This document shows positions 20,509 through 31,717 of a stretch of DNA of 64,000 nucleotides, piece by piece. The stretch covers positions 69,918 to 133,917 of the forward strand of contig JANRIL010000015.1 of the NCBI GenBank assembly GCA_033764955.1, written 5' to 3'. The DNA is from Cyanobacteriota bacterium. GTDB lineage: Bacteria; Cyanobacteriota; Cyanobacteriia; Thermostichales; Thermostichaceae. Each line of letters starts with the position of its first letter. Positions within the stretch are counted from its first letter, which is position 1. Under the pieces are notes generated by a model. The model saw nothing but the letters and a program-made list of their open reading frames with translations. It searched no databases and was not told the DNA's origin. Both the position numbers and the translations under genes were made by a program.

Positions 20509-21948
20509 ATGAGTATCGTGATCAATAAGGGAGGATCCTTGAATAACCCATCCTATTTTTTGGATGTCATGGCTGACACCTTGCCCGAACAGCCAGAACC
20601 CGTTCTACAAATCTGGGGACGGCATCCTCTCAAGGGTCACGCTTCCATCAGTGGATCGAAAAACTCGGCCTTAGCCTTGATGGCCGGAACCCTGCTCAGT
20701 TCGGATCCCTGCCGCATCCACAATGTCCCTCGCCTGATGGATATTCAACGCATGGGAGAGATTCTGCAGGCCCTAGGGGTAGAGGTCTCCCATCAGGGTC
20801 ATACATTAGACATTAACCCCCGGCATCTGCGCTCCGCTCAGGCTCCCTACGAATTGGTCAGCCAGTTGCGAGCCAGCTTCTTTATTACGGGACCACTTCT
20901 GGCTCGGTTGGGGGTAGCACGGGTGCCTTTACCGGGGGGATGTGCGATTGGTTCTCGCCCGGTGGATCTGCATGTGCGGGGTCTCCAGGCTTTGGGGGCG
21001 ACGGTTCAAATTGATCATGGGGTAGTTCATGCCTACGCCCGCAAGCTAACGGGATCCCGTATTTATCTCGACTATCCCAGCGTGGGAGCCACTGAAACCC
21101 TGATGATGGCGGCAGTGGTGGCGGAAGGGGAAACCATCATCGAAAACGCTGCCCAAGAACCGGAGGTAGCGGATCTGGCGCGGCTTTGTCAGGCGATGGG
21201 AGCCAAAATTCGCGGCGTGGGCACCAACACCCTGATGATTGTGGGGGTTCCCCGCTTACATGGCACTGAATATACGGTCATCCCCGATCGGGTGGAAGCC
21301 AGCACCTTTTTGATTGCCGGAGCCATCACCCGCTCTACCATTACCATTGGTCCGGTTATCCCAGACCATCTGCGGGCTGTCATTGCCAAATTGCAGGCGA
21401 TGGGGCTAGAGATCAGCGAGGTTGCCCCCAACCGTCTTCAGATTGCTCCTAACCCCACCGAGTCCGGCTGGATTTGTCGCGCCACTGATATTGAAACGTT
21501 ACCCTATCCTGGTTTCCCGACGGATGTGCAGGCTCCCATGATGGCGCTGGCAGCACTGGCTGAAGGGGATTGCATTTTGGAAGAGACCGTTTTTGAAAAC
21601 CGGATGCACCACGTTCCAGAACTGAATCGGATGGGAGCAGATATCCGACTCAAAAATGGTGTGGCGATTATCCGAGGTGTGCCGATGTTGTCGGGAGCAC
21701 CCGTGATGGCTACCGATCTACGGGCTGGCGCTGCTCTGGTCTTGGCTGGGTTAGCTGCCGAAGGATTGACCACGATTCGAGGACTGCAACATTTGGATCG
21801 GGGCTACGAATCCATTGACCGCAAACTTCAGGAGTTAGGATCCCCGATTCGGCGCGCTCTTTCTACGGATCCCTCCCCCCCGCGCCCTGGCTCATCTCCC
21901 AGTTTGTCTGGTGAAGGGGTAGCCAGTTCTCGCCTGGTTGGTTCATGA
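20509..21948 (+). CDS. murA: UDP-N-acetylglucosamine 1-carboxyvinyltransferase (start may be 20569)
   Basis: [37 protein letters not shown]. Confidence 0.96.
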   Translation: MSIVINKGGSLNNPSYFLDVMADTLPEQPEPVLQIWGRHPLKGHASISGSKNSALALMAGTLLSSDPCRIHNVPRLMDIQRMGEILQALGVEVSHQGHTLDINPRHLRSAQAPYELVSQLRASFFITGPLLARLGVARVPLPGGCAIGSRPVDLHVRGLQALGATVQIDHGVVHAYARKLTGSRIYLDYPSVGATETLMMAAVVAEGETIIENAAQEPEVADLARLCQAMGAKIRGVGTNTLMIVGVPRLHGTEYTVIPDRVEASTFLIAGAITRSTITIGPVIPDHLRAVIAKLQAMGLEISEVAPNRLQIAPNPTESGWICRATDIETLPYPGFPTDVQAPMMALAALAEGDCILEETVFENRMHHVPELNRMGADIRLKNGVAIIRGVPMLSGAPVMATDLRAGAALVLAGLAAEGLTTIRGLQHLDRGYESIDRKLQELGSPIRRALSTDPSPPRPGSSPSLSGEGVASSRLVGS

Positions 21949-22020
21949 CATCTGGTAAGCAGCCGAAGCAGTGCTTAAGATAAAACGTAAGGCACAGGGC
22001 AGTAGCGAGGAAAAACCACC

Positions 22021-22794
22021 ATGTCTACACGCAAGGTTATCTACGGCATCTTTGGGCAACGGGCAGGCAGTGTGATTGTTGGGACATGGAATTGGCTGTG
22101 GGGGATCCCGGTGGAGCAGGGAGGGGCTGGAGCCGTCATGGTTGCCGAAGAGTCCTTGCGTACAATGCAGGAGTCGGTGCAAAAACTCACCGAAGCGGTG
22201 GCAACCCAGGTAGCCTCCTATCAGCGAGCCGAGCAGAAATATCTATTGAAGGTGAAGGAATATCAAAACCTGGAGGGAAAAGCCAAGCTAGCTATGCAGC
22301 AGGGCAACCAAGAAGCGGCTCGCTTAGCCATGTCTCAGGCGCTCCAAATTGAGGCAATCCTGCCTCCCCTCAAAGAAAACGTAGAAACCGCCGAGCGCTA
22401 TGTCACAGCGGCCAAAGAACGATTGCTGAGGGAGAAAGAAAAGCTAGCCGCCTATAAGAGCGAACTCAGCAACATGCGGGATATTAACGAGGTGAACCAA
22501 GCCCTCGAACAGATGACCCGTGTCAATAACAGCTACAACATCGACTCAGCCAAGTCTCAATTTGAAGCAGCCAAGAGCGCAGTGACCCGCAAACAGCTTA
22601 AAACCCAAGCGATGGCGGAGCTGTCTGACAACCCCACCGAAAAGCTGGCCGCTGATCTGGATCGGATGGCGCTAGATGATGAAGTCTCCCGTCGTTTGAG
22701 CCAGCTATCCGGCAACTCGTCCAATCCCTCACCCCTGCCTTTAGCCGATCTGGAAGAATTTCGCCAGATTCCTTCCCGTCCTGAAGAGCCTTAA
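22021..22794 (+). CDS. PspA/IM30 family coiled-coil protein
   Basis: Long coiled coil, GNQEAARLA, DDEVSRRL; amphipathic N-terminus. Confidence 0.78.
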   Translation: MSTRKVIYGIFGQRAGSVIVGTWNWLWGIPVEQGGAGAVMVAEESLRTMQESVQKLTEAVATQVASYQRAEQKYLLKVKEYQNLEGKAKLAMQQGNQEAARLAMSQALQIEAILPPLKENVETAERYVTAAKERLLREKEKLAAYKSELSNMRDINEVNQALEQMTRVNNSYNIDSAKSQFEAAKSAVTRKQLKTQAMAELSDNPTEKLAADLDRMALDDEVSRRLSQLSGNSSNPSPLPLADLEEFRQIPSRPEEP

Positions 22795-22936
22795 GGAGGA
22801 GAGGAATAGCGAACGGCTGGCTTCCTTGCTCTCATAGTGATCTCAAGTCAAGGATAATCCCCAACTTTGGGTTAAGTTAGCCATTACTTCAGAACGAAAC
22901 CGTTGTAGGTTGTCTATAAGAAGTGAGGGAGGACAA

Positions 22937-23602
22937 TCATAGCTCATTGAGGCGGGCTATGCTGGCATTAGAGCCAAGTACCACCAAAAGATCATCCTGG
23001 TTGAGACCATAGTCAGCCGGGGGAGAGACCACTAGTGACTGCCCATGCTTAACCACCAAAACCGTAATGCCAAAGCGGCGGCGCAGATCTGCTTCGATCA
23101 GGGTATGACCCACCATCGACTCAGGCACCTTTAGCTCGGTAATGCTATAGCCCGGTTCTAACTCCAGTTGATCCAGAATGCCTGGAGCTGTCAACACCTG
23201 AGCCAGTCTACGCCCTGCCTCTTGCTCTGGCAAAATAATCCGATCTGCCCCGACTCGATGCAAGATGGACTTTTGCTTTTCGGTGGAAGCTTTGCAGACC
23301 ACATTCTTAGCACCCAATGCTTTGAGGGCAACGGTGGTCATCAGATTGCTCTCAAAGTCACTGCCAATTGCCACCACGACCGTATCGAAGGAAACAATGT
23401 CTACGGCTCGCAGGGCATCTTCATCCGTTGAGTCTAAAGAGACCGCCTGGGTTAACTCATCCGCCATGCGTTGGACAATTTCCCGGCTGCGATCAATTCC
23501 CAAAACGTGAAAGCCGCGCTCCATTAGGGTTGTAGCTAAACTGGATCCAAAACGACCAAGCCCAATGACTGCGAATTCATGAGCACCACGCTGACGTGCC
23601 AT
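22937..23602 (-). CDS. ktrA: KtrA/TrkA potassium uptake regulatory subunit
   Basis: FAVIGLGRFG, GADRIILPE, C-terminal TrkA-C domain. Confidence 0.88.
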   Translation of the reverse strand: MARQRGAHEFAVIGLGRFGSSLATTLMERGFHVLGIDRSREIVQRMADELTQAVSLDSTDEDALRAVDIVSFDTVVVAIGSDFESNLMTTVALKALGAKNVVCKASTEKQKSILHRVGADRIILPEQEAGRRLAQVLTAPGILDQLELEPGYSITELKVPESMVGHTLIEADLRRRFGITVLVVKHGQSLVVSPPADYGLNQDDLLVVLGSNASIARLNEL

Positions 23603-23759
23603 TGCCTTGCCTGAAGGTTGAAGATCACCATCGCTTAGAATACCAAAACCCCACCCTCTCTGGTGGTAAGGGTGAACAGGGATCCCGATCGCCCATCCGG
23701 TTGGTTTTCAGGGATGGAGGAATAAGTAGGGATCCCCACGGAAGAGAGGCAGTACACCC

Positions 23760-25094
23760 TTAGGCTGATTCTGGTTTGGGCAGGGAGGAGGGATGGACAA
23801 TCAACTCGCCCGTCGAGCGGCGCTCCACCATCTCAGCCGTAATCAGACAGCGTTTGATGTCCTTACGGGAGGGGGCTTCATACATCACATCCAGCATCAA
23901 CTCTTCCACAATCGCTCGCAAAGCACGGGCACCAGTTTTGCGTTTATAGGCTTCTTTGGCAATTGCCGTGATGGCGGCTGGCTCAAACTCTAGCTCAACC
24001 CCATCCATCCGCATCAATTTTTGGTGTTGCTTAGTGATGGCATTTTTGGGCTGGGTGAGGATCGCCTCCAGAGCCTCTTCATCCAAGGGATCCAAGGTGG
24101 CAATCACCGGCAGACGTCCCGTAAATTCAGGAATCATGCCATATTTGACCAGATCATCTGGCTCTAGGGACTTGAGGGCATTGGCTGCCCGCTGTTCCCG
24201 TGGCACACTGGCTTCCCCCGTTTGGATAAAGCCCATTGATTTTTTGCCGGTGCGCTGCTCGATCACCTTCTCCAGACCCACAAAGGCTCCCCCACAAATA
24301 AAGAGGATGTTGGAGGTATCGATCTGGATGCAGTCCTGGTAGGGATGTTTGCGTCCGCCTTGGGGGGGGACATTGGCTACGGTTCCCTCCAACATTTTTA
24401 GGAGAGCCTGTTGCACCCCTTCGCCGGAAACATCGCGAGTAATGGAGGGGTTTTCGCTCTTGCGGGCAACTTTGTCAATTTCGTCAATATAGATGATGCC
24501 CCGTTGAGCATCTTCTACATCCAAATCCGCCACTTGCAGAAGGCGCAACAGGATATTTTCCACATCTTCCCCGACATAGCCCGCTTCCGTCAGGGTGGTA
24601 GCATCCGCCACAGCAAAGGGCACGTCTAACATTTTGGCCAGGGTTTCGGCCAGAAGGGTTTTGCCAGAGCCAGTGGGGCCGATGATCAAGATGTTGGATT
24701 TTTGGATCTCGATGTCATCCTCACTGGTCTGTCCAGCCGCCACCGAATTCAGGCGTTTGTAGTGGTTGTAGACGGCTACCGACAAAACCTTTTTGGCCTG
24801 TTCTTGGCCGATCACGTATTGGTCTAAATAGTTGAGGATTTCCCGCGGTTTGGGAAGCTGAGCCATGGAGGGCAGGCTGCGACCGGATTTTTTGCTGGCG
24901 GGTTCGCGGCGGGTGGCAGGGGGGGTGGCGGGCTGACTATGGTTCCCGTCGTAAAGTTCTTCGTCCAGAATTTCATTACACAGATCAACGCATTCGTCGC
25001 AGATATAGACTCCAGGTCCAGCAATCAGCTTGCGAACTTGCTCTTGCGATTTGCCGCAAAAGGAACACTTCAAATGCGAGTCATATTTTGCCAT
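23760..25094 (-). CDS. clpX: ATP-dependent Clp protease ATP-binding subunit ClpX
   Basis: CSFC/CDEC zinc finger, [21 protein letters not shown] loop. Confidence 0.98.
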   Translation of the reverse strand: MAKYDSHLKCSFCGKSQEQVRKLIAGPGVYICDECVDLCNEILDEELYDGNHSQPATPPATRREPASKKSGRSLPSMAQLPKPREILNYLDQYVIGQEQAKKVLSVAVYNHYKRLNSVAAGQTSEDDIEIQKSNILIIGPTGSGKTLLAETLAKMLDVPFAVADATTLTEAGYVGEDVENILLRLLQVADLDVEDAQRGIIYIDEIDKVARKSENPSITRDVSGEGVQQALLKMLEGTVANVPPQGGRKHPYQDCIQIDTSNILFICGGAFVGLEKVIEQRTGKKSMGFIQTGEASVPREQRAANALKSLEPDDLVKYGMIPEFTGRLPVIATLDPLDEEALEAILTQPKNAITKQHQKLMRMDGVELEFEPAAITAIAKEAYKRKTGARALRAIVEELMLDVMYEAPSRKDIKRCLITAEMVERRSTGELIVHPSSLPKPESA

Positions 25095-25330
25095 TGGGGA
25101 TCCTCGTTGCTGAGACGCTCTGGTCGGAAAGTTTAGTTTTAGGTCTGAGGTTGACGGCTAACTAGGGGAGAGAGGTAGTGGAATAACTTACTAGTAGACA
25201 ATCAAGCCAAGGCAGCGGATCAATAAACTTTGGGCACAGAGGTTTTTTCTTAATCTATCCTACTCGATCTAACATTACCCCCCTTTTTACCCAAAATAGC
25301 CTGGATAACCCAGAGAAAAGGGTTGATTCC

Positions 25331-26743
25331 TTAAGCTTCCCCTTGGCAAACGGGAAACGCAACCGTAAAGGTACTGCCTTGATCCGGCTGGGACTCCAGG
25401 GTGATTTTGCCCCGCATTGTTTCTACCAAAATTTTGCTGATGGCTAGTCCCAGGCCAATTCCTCCCTCACTGCGGCTACGGGAATGGGAGACTCGATAAA
25501 AGCGGTCAAAAATATAGGGCTGATGTTCCACCGGGATCCCGATGCCGCGATCCTGAATGTGTAGAAGCGCCCACTCCCCCCTCGCCTCCAGATGGAGGGT
25601 AATCGGATCCTGGGGTTCGGAGTAGCGCATGGCGTTGGTCAGGAGGTTGAGTACAACCTGTTTCAACCGATCCGAGTCCGCCTTAATCCAAATCGGGGGA
25701 TCCGTGATCTGAAGGGTGAGGGGGTTGGATCCCAGTTGCTTGGCGAGAGCTGCCACCTCCACCACCCACTCATTCAACAAAATTGGCTCCAGTTGGAGGT
25801 GAAAGGTACCGGATTCAGCACGCGCCAAATCCAGCAAGTCCTTCAGCATTCGCGCCACCCGTTTGGTCTCTTCTAAAGAAATACTTAAACTTTCTGCCTG
25901 AATTTCCGTCAGATTGGATCCCCGCCGCAGCGTGCCCTCTAGGTAGCCTTGCACGATGGCTAGGGGGGTTCGCAGTTCGTGGGAAATGTTGCTGAGCAAC
26001 TGTTGTTCTTGTTCCCAGGCCATACCGAGTCGGTTCAACATGTCGTTGTAGGCGGAAGCCAGTTGTTTCATCTCACTGGGGGCATCTTCTAGCATGAGTT
26101 GCGCCTTGCCGATATGCTCTGCCGAAATGGAAGCGGTGAGATGGCTGATGTTGTGGAGGGGACGTAGCGCCTGCCGGATGAGCAGGAGACCCAGCAGGGT
26201 GGCAAGCAGAATGGCGATCCCGCCCGCTATCGCTAAGGTGCGGACAAAGGTGCGGTAGGTTTGGTAGGCATCACTGGCATCGGTGATGGCGGCAAATTGG
26301 ACGACCCGTTGATCCCGCAGGGTGAGCTGTTCTTGACAGACAATCAGGTCTTGGTCTTGGTAGCGCACAAGGGTGGGCTGGCTGGTCAAGTTGGCGAGAT
26401 CCATCCCTAGCAAGGGGATCCCTTCCCCCTGATCACGGGAGGATTGGGGGTGAAACCAGCGATCCACCTGGCTATGTTTTTCCACCGCCTTAGCTAGGGA
26501 CTCCTCTGGGGAAAACATCTCCTGATAGGTCGCCACATCTTGGCGAAACTGCTCAATAGCCCGCCGGTGATCGAGGGTGGTGCGAGCTAGCAGTTGTTGG
26601 TGCATCCGCAGAATGGTTAACCCTCCGGCCACACTAGGAACCAGCAGGGTTACGGTGATGGTCACCCCAATCAATCGACATTGCAGAGAATTCCAGAAGG
26701 AGAGCAGACGGGACATCTCTGGCCTCAGGCGACTGATTTCCAT
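25331..26743 (-). CDS. Membrane HAMP sensor histidine kinase
   Basis: Two TM segments, HAMP, SHELRTPL, NLLTNA, DRGIGI, GIGLGL. Confidence 0.93.
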   Translation of the reverse strand: MEISRLRPEMSRLLSFWNSLQCRLIGVTITVTLLVPSVAGGLTILRMHQQLLARTTLDHRRAIEQFRQDVATYQEMFSPEESLAKAVEKHSQVDRWFHPQSSRDQGEGIPLLGMDLANLTSQPTLVRYQDQDLIVCQEQLTLRDQRVVQFAAITDASDAYQTYRTFVRTLAIAGGIAILLATLLGLLLIRQALRPLHNISHLTASISAEHIGKAQLMLEDAPSEMKQLASAYNDMLNRLGMAWEQEQQLLSNISHELRTPLAIVQGYLEGTLRRGSNLTEIQAESLSISLEETKRVARMLKDLLDLARAESGTFHLQLEPILLNEWVVEVAALAKQLGSNPLTLQITDPPIWIKADSDRLKQVVLNLLTNAMRYSEPQDPITLHLEARGEWALLHIQDRGIGIPVEHQPYIFDRFYRVSHSRSRSEGGIGLGLAISKILVETMRGKITLESQPDQGSTFTVAFPVCQGEA

Positions 26744-26976
26744 GCTAGACGAGCGGGGATCCTTACTTTTGAGCAGAGGCTTGTATTTCCCTGAGCCGCT
26801 TCTCAGTAGTCGCCGTGAATCGAGGCGAGGCTACCCTTGCCGAGGGGCATTGATGTTTTTGGCAAGGGCTTGAACAAATGCAAAAGCAGGTTAAAAATCA
26901 AGGTATTGACAGTTCCTCGTTGCCACTTTTCGCCAGTCAAGGGCGGTCAAGGTGACAAAACCTTAGCGGAGTCAGA

Positions 26977-27771
26977 ATGGCTGTTTCTATCGCTGATGCT
27001 GCCATTGCCCTGTTGATCGATTTGGCTGAACAGGGGGAGATTGATCCGTGGGATGTACAGGTGATCGATGTGATTGATCGATTTCTCCTCACCCTTTCTC
27101 CCAACGCCAATACCCACGATCTCTCGGAATCTGGGCAAGCCTTTCTCTACGCGGCGATGCTGGTTTATCTGAAGGCGATGGCGCTGATGCAGCCCCAGGC
27201 GGCAGAGGAAGAACAAGAGGGGGATCCCCTGACAATGGCAGCCGCCGATCCGATTGCCACGTGGTCAGCCCGTCAATTGGAGGAAGTTTTGCAACCCCGC
27301 GCCGTACCGCGCCTCACCCGCACTCGCCCTATCACTCTCAAAGAATTGATTGGGCATCTGCAAGCATTGGAAAGCACCTTGCAGGAGGATCCCGAACCCG
27401 CCAGCAAACCCTTGACACCGCGCCTCTCCCGCCAGCAAGCCCTAGCGGCCATCACGGAACTAGCCCACCCCGAAAACTTGTTAGAAACCGCCGCCGCACT
27501 GGAGTCGGTGCTTGCCCAACTCTGGCAGCAAGGGATCCCTCACCTTCCCTTTGAAGCCCTCGTGGAGCGGTTTATCGGCAACGGGACGGATCAGTCTGGG
27601 TCACTGGGATCCGCGACTAGCCCTCACCGCATTCAGGTTTTTTGGGCACTGCTGCTGATGGCCTCTCGCTCTCAGGTGGAATTGCAGCAAGAGGAGTTTT
27701 ATGGAGATTTGAAGATCGTACCCATTAGAAGGGATTCACCACCACATATCCCCGTGCCGGAAAATAATTGA
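26977..27771 (+). CDS. scpA: Segregation and condensation protein A
   Basis: GEIDPWDVQV, AAMLVYLK, FWALLL, LQQEEFYGDL. Confidence 0.88.
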   Translation: MAVSIADAAIALLIDLAEQGEIDPWDVQVIDVIDRFLLTLSPNANTHDLSESGQAFLYAAMLVYLKAMALMQPQAAEEEQEGDPLTMAAADPIATWSARQLEEVLQPRAVPRLTRTRPITLKELIGHLQALESTLQEDPEPASKPLTPRLSRQQALAAITELAHPENLLETAAALESVLAQLWQQGIPHLPFEALVERFIGNGTDQSGSLGSATSPHRIQVFWALLLMASRSQVELQQEEFYGDLKIVPIRRDSPPHIPVPENN

Positions 27772-28006
27772 AATAGACCCCGTTGTAGACGTAGTAAGTT
27801 TTGCCAGCCACGGTAACGACTCGATAACCAACCGGTAAAGTACGGACAATCGTCCCTGTTCTCAAGCCAGGAGCAATCACAATCGCATTTCCAGCGGGGC
27901 CAACAATGACGCGGGGAGCAGCTTCTGCTGGATGGGGGGTGGCAAGCAGGGTGAAAGCTATCAAGCTGATCAAACCAAGCGATGGAAAGACCTGAGAGGA
28001 TTTCAT
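27725..28006 (-). CDS. Small secreted protein (DUF6515-like); 3' end overlaps scpA
   Basis: Signal peptide, VRTLPVGY, YYVYNGVYF, GYVVV. Confidence 0.7.
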   Translation of the reverse strand: MKSSQVFPSLGLISLIAFTLLATPHPAEAAPRVIVGPAGNAIVIAPGLRTGTIVRTLPVGYRVVTVAGKTYYVYNGVYFNYFPARGYVVVNPF

Positions 28007-28529
28007 AAAAAACTCCGGAGGAGATAAAGAGATCACAAAACTCTTTGAAAACTATATCTGCTGTGGAGGAGAAAAGCATCTGGACATCAGGATTCACCAC
28101 CTCAACCACACCGAATCGCGGAACCTACACTAAGAACTGGAATGAATAACTGAAATGGGTTAACGAGTCATCAAAGTATGGTTGATTTGCTTATAAAGTG
28201 AGAAAAGCAAAGCCTCTACAACAAAGGTTTTATCAGACTAGACTGCCTCAATTTTATCCACATTAACTATCACAACCTATCCCTGGATCACTTAGTGTGG
28301 CTCTCACTCCCAAATCCTCTCTTAATTCTGCAAGAGGGGAGTAAAGTTATATGTACGTAGTTATTGAGGGAGAGGAGATATGTGCATTGATCTCTCGGCG
28401 TAGCTGATCTCATGGACTGTGAACCCCTGATGAGCCGGTTCGAGAAGGAATCGGCAAACCGAGCCAATTCCAAGAAAAAATACATTAAATTGAGTAGTGG
28501 GTTTTTATCGTTAGCTTTCCTGTTTCACC

Positions 28530-29309
28530 ATGAGCCAGTGGGTGTTGACACAACAACGAGTCTTGGGTGTCGGAATCCATATCCCAGATAGTGAGGTGGC
28601 GTCGGGGGTGGACACGGCTGGGGTCTACAGGGATTGGCTCTGTCATCGGATCCAAGCGGGGTTGGCTACCCATGTGGTGACCTGTAATGCCGAGATGATC
28701 ATGTTGGCGCGCCGGGATTCCCTGTTCGCCGACATTTTGGCCACTGCTGATCTGGTGACCCCTGATGGGGCGGGGGTGGTCTGGGCTTTAGCTCGCCAAG
28801 GGATCCTCATTCAGCGTTGCCCTGGTATTGAATTGGCAGAAAGCTTAATGCAGGTGGCTGCCCAGCGGAATTGGCGGGTGGCTCTGATTGGCGGCAAGCC
28901 AGAGGTTGCCCAGGCTGTAGAGAGAGTTTGGCAGCAACGCTACCCCAACCTCTCCCTCTGGGTGCACCACGGCTATGGGGATGCTCAGCAAGAACAAGCG
29001 CTAGTGGCTAGCCTGCATGATTATGCCCCTCACCTGCTGTTGGTGGGGATGGGATCCCCCCGGCAAGAGATGTGGATTCGCCGCCAACAACCGCTTTTAC
29101 CCCCCGCTACCTGGATGGGAGTGGGCGGGAGTTTTGATATTTGGGCGGGTCTAAAAACCCGTGCCCCTCGCTGGTGGCGTGACCATCACCTGGAATGGTT
29201 GTATCGTCTTTATCAAGAGCCGTGGCGCTGGCGGCGCATGTTAGCCCTGCCTCATTTTGCTGGGCGGGTGCTGACCGCCGATTTGTGGCGTCATGTCCAT
29301 TCCTCCTAG
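28530..29309 (+). CDS. WecB/TagA/CpsF glycosyltransferase
   Basis: VTCNAE, PDGAGV, GMGSPRQE, GVGGSFD, EWLYRL. Confidence 0.93.
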   Translation: MSQWVLTQQRVLGVGIHIPDSEVASGVDTAGVYRDWLCHRIQAGLATHVVTCNAEMIMLARRDSLFADILATADLVTPDGAGVVWALARQGILIQRCPGIELAESLMQVAAQRNWRVALIGGKPEVAQAVERVWQQRYPNLSLWVHHGYGDAQQEQALVASLHDYAPHLLLVGMGSPRQEMWIRRQQPLLPPATWMGVGGSFDIWAGLKTRAPRWWRDHHLEWLYRLYQEPWRWRRMLALPHFAGRVLTADLWRHVHSS

Positions 29310-30147
29310 CGGCAGGATGTTCACCCAGGAGCTTTGTTTCGTTATGCGTTATCCTCACCCTTCCCTTTCGCTGCCCAGCCAACTCGCGTCCACCGCCAGT
29401 CTGCACGACTACCGGGATCCCGACACCGGTTGGGGCGAACATTCCTCTCCTCTTTCCCTGACAGCTCAGCCTGAACAGCCTGCCCCCTTGGTTTCCTTGA
29501 CTGGAGTGAGCAAGGTTTTTCCGAATGGGGTGAGAGTGCTAGATGAAATTGATTTGCAGGTCTATCCGGGGGATTTTATCTTTGTTACCGGGGTATCGGG
29601 GGCGGGCAAATCTACCCTGCTACGGTTGTTGTATGGAGCTGAGCAAGCCACGACTGGGCAGGTAATGGTCAATCAGATCAGCCTTGCGCGCATCCGTCCT
29701 CGCCCCTTGGCGTTGTTGCGCCGTCGTTTGGGGGTGGTGTTTCAAGACTATCGGTTGTTGACCAACCGTACCGTTGCCGAAAATGTGGCTTTTGTTCTAC
29801 GGGCGCAAGGCATGTCTCCTGGGGAGATTCGCCGCCGCCTGGGACCAACCCTCAAAATGGTGGGGTTAACGGAGAAACGGGATCGCTTTCCCCATGAGTT
29901 GTCGGGGGGAGAACAGCAACGCCTCAGTCTGGCGCGGGCGATAGTGTGTACACCGATTCTTTTGCTGGCGGATGAACCCACCGGCAATTTGGATCGGGAA
30001 AACTCTCTGCTGGTGCTGCAAATTTTGGAACGGCTTAACTCTTTTGGCGTAACCATCATGATGACCAGTCATGATCCCTATTTGATGGAACGGACTCAGC
30101 ATCGGGTGATTCGGATTGAAGCGGGTCATCTCTATGATGTGCGCTAA
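29293..30147 (+). CDS. ftsE: Cell division ATP-binding protein FtsE (true start probably further downstream)
   Basis: GVSGAGKST, VFQDYRLL, LSGGEQQR, DEPTGNLD; adjacent to ftsX. Confidence 0.92.
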   Translation: MSIPPSGRMFTQELCFVMRYPHPSLSLPSQLASTASLHDYRDPDTGWGEHSSPLSLTAQPEQPAPLVSLTGVSKVFPNGVRVLDEIDLQVYPGDFIFVTGVSGAGKSTLLRLLYGAEQATTGQVMVNQISLARIRPRPLALLRRRLGVVFQDYRLLTNRTVAENVAFVLRAQGMSPGEIRRRLGPTLKMVGLTEKRDRFPHELSGGEQQRLSLARAIVCTPILLLADEPTGNLDRENSLLVLQILERLNSFGVTIMMTSHDPYLMERTQHRVIRIEAGHLYDVR

Positions 30148-30240
30148 CGTGGTTGGGTTCTCAGGGGATCCCTGACTGGACAGACCGCAGGTGGTTTGCC
30201 ATACCATAAAAACCATGCGCCCGATTGAGGAGACAAGCTT

Positions 30241-31158
30241 GTGCTGGGATCCATTGCCCGCTTTTTCACCAAAATTCTTTATCTGATCCAAGAAACCCTG
30301 CTGGGGTTGCGCCGCGGGGGCTGGCTAAACTGGGCGGCGGTCAGCACCCTGATGGTGTTGCTGTTTTTGGTGGGAATCAGTCTGCAACTCTCCTGGGGGT
30401 TGGAACAAACGGTGCAATCCCTGGGAAGCCAGGTGGAGATTTCTGCTTATTTAGAGCCGGAGGTGAAGGGATCCGACCTGCAACCCCAAATTGAAAAGCT
30501 AGAGCATGTAGCGGCGGTGCGGCTGATTCCCAAAGAACAGGCTTGGCGGGATCTGTTGGTGGATATGGGTATCGCCGACAAGGACACGATTGAAAAACAG
30601 TTGAGTGAAGATAACCCACTCGTGGATGCTTTTCGGGTGCAGGCGGACTCCACTGAAACCCTGGCAATGGTGGCCAGCCATTTGCAGCAGGTGCAGGGGG
30701 TGGAGGAAGTTTATTATGGCGATCAAGTGGTGCAACAGTTGGGGCAACTGCGGGATACGTTGCGCTTAGGCTGTTTGACCATCACCGGAGTTTTAGCGCT
30801 GACTACGGTTGCGGTGATTACCACCACGATCCGCCTGATTGTCATGGCGCGACGACGGGAAATTGAGGTGATGCAGTTGGTGGGTGCCACCGCCGCCTGG
30901 ATTTATTTGCCCTTCATTTTGCAGGGATCCCTATTTGGTCTGGTGGGATCGGCGGCGGCGTGGGGCTTGGTGTTGGGATCCCAGCAATTACTGCACGATC
31001 TGTTAGTCAAGCTGATTGCTCTGCCCTTCTTGCAGATTCCCACCAGCGAAGATCCAACCAGTCTCTGGATCTTGCCTGCGGTCTTGGTGGGATTGGGAAC
31101 GTTGTTGGGGACAACCAGTAGTTTGATTGCTGTCAACAAGTCGGCGGCTCGTTCCTAA
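30241..31158 (+). CDS. ftsX: Cell division permease FtsX
   Basis: Four TM segments, NPL, TIRLIVMARRREIEVMQLVGAT. Confidence 0.93.
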   Translation: MLGSIARFFTKILYLIQETLLGLRRGGWLNWAAVSTLMVLLFLVGISLQLSWGLEQTVQSLGSQVEISAYLEPEVKGSDLQPQIEKLEHVAAVRLIPKEQAWRDLLVDMGIADKDTIEKQLSEDNPLVDAFRVQADSTETLAMVASHLQQVQGVEEVYYGDQVVQQLGQLRDTLRLGCLTITGVLALTTVAVITTTIRLIVMARRREIEVMQLVGATAAWIYLPFILQGSLFGLVGSAAAWGLVLGSQQLLHDLLVKLIALPFLQIPTSEDPTSLWILPAVLVGLGTLLGTTSSLIAVNKSAARS

Positions 31159-31253
31159 GCCTAAGAAAACCTTGAGATTGACCCAGAAGCTGATGGGAAA
31201 AGGATCCCCAAGGCTAGGATCATGGCTAACGGGAACAAAAGGCTGGATCAGTT

Positions 31254-31691
31254 ATGGCAACTCCTGCACAAGTCAAAGGGTATCTGGCCTGTTGGTTTCA
31301 ACTGGGCAAAAGGGTCATCCACGCAGACCCCCAAGGGGATCGGGTGATTTTTCCCGCTGCGGTTCTTAGCCTCAGCCAGTTCAGTCCTGAGTTTGAGGCA
31401 TGTTGGGAAGAGATGGCTGCCCATGCCTCCCGCTGCTATTTAGAAGGAACCCAGCAAACCATTGCGGATTTGTTATTGGATCGCTGGCAGATCGCCGACT
31501 GTGCCCGCTGTCGTTTACCGATCCCCCTCCTCCACCAGGGGATCCCGGATCTAGGATCCTGTCCTTGTGCTGATCTCACCTCTTGGCCCAACCAGGGAAT
31601 TATTCCTCCCCGCATTCAAAATGACGAGTTTAAGCGGACGGTACGGCTAGAGCGGCTGCAAGAAAAATTGGCGACTGTCTCTTTCTATTGA
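31254..31691 (+). CDS. Hypothetical Cys-rich protein, cyanobacterial type
   Basis: YLACWFQLGK, YLEGT, CARC, CPCADL. Confidence 0.75.
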   Translation: MATPAQVKGYLACWFQLGKRVIHADPQGDRVIFPAAVLSLSQFSPEFEACWEEMAAHASRCYLEGTQQTIADLLLDRWQIADCARCRLPIPLLHQGIPDLGSCPCADLTSWPNQGIIPPRIQNDEFKRTVRLERLQEKLATVSFY

Positions 31692-31717
31692 GCGAGACTA
31701 GGCTTTGCTTTCCCAAC

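Noticed and set aside
28390..28505. Hammerhead-ribozyme-like CTGATGA + stem (GCCGGTTC/GAATCGGC) + AAAC
   Set aside because: The G of GAAA is missing and I could not build convincing stems I and III with a UH cleavage site; at most a degenerate relic.
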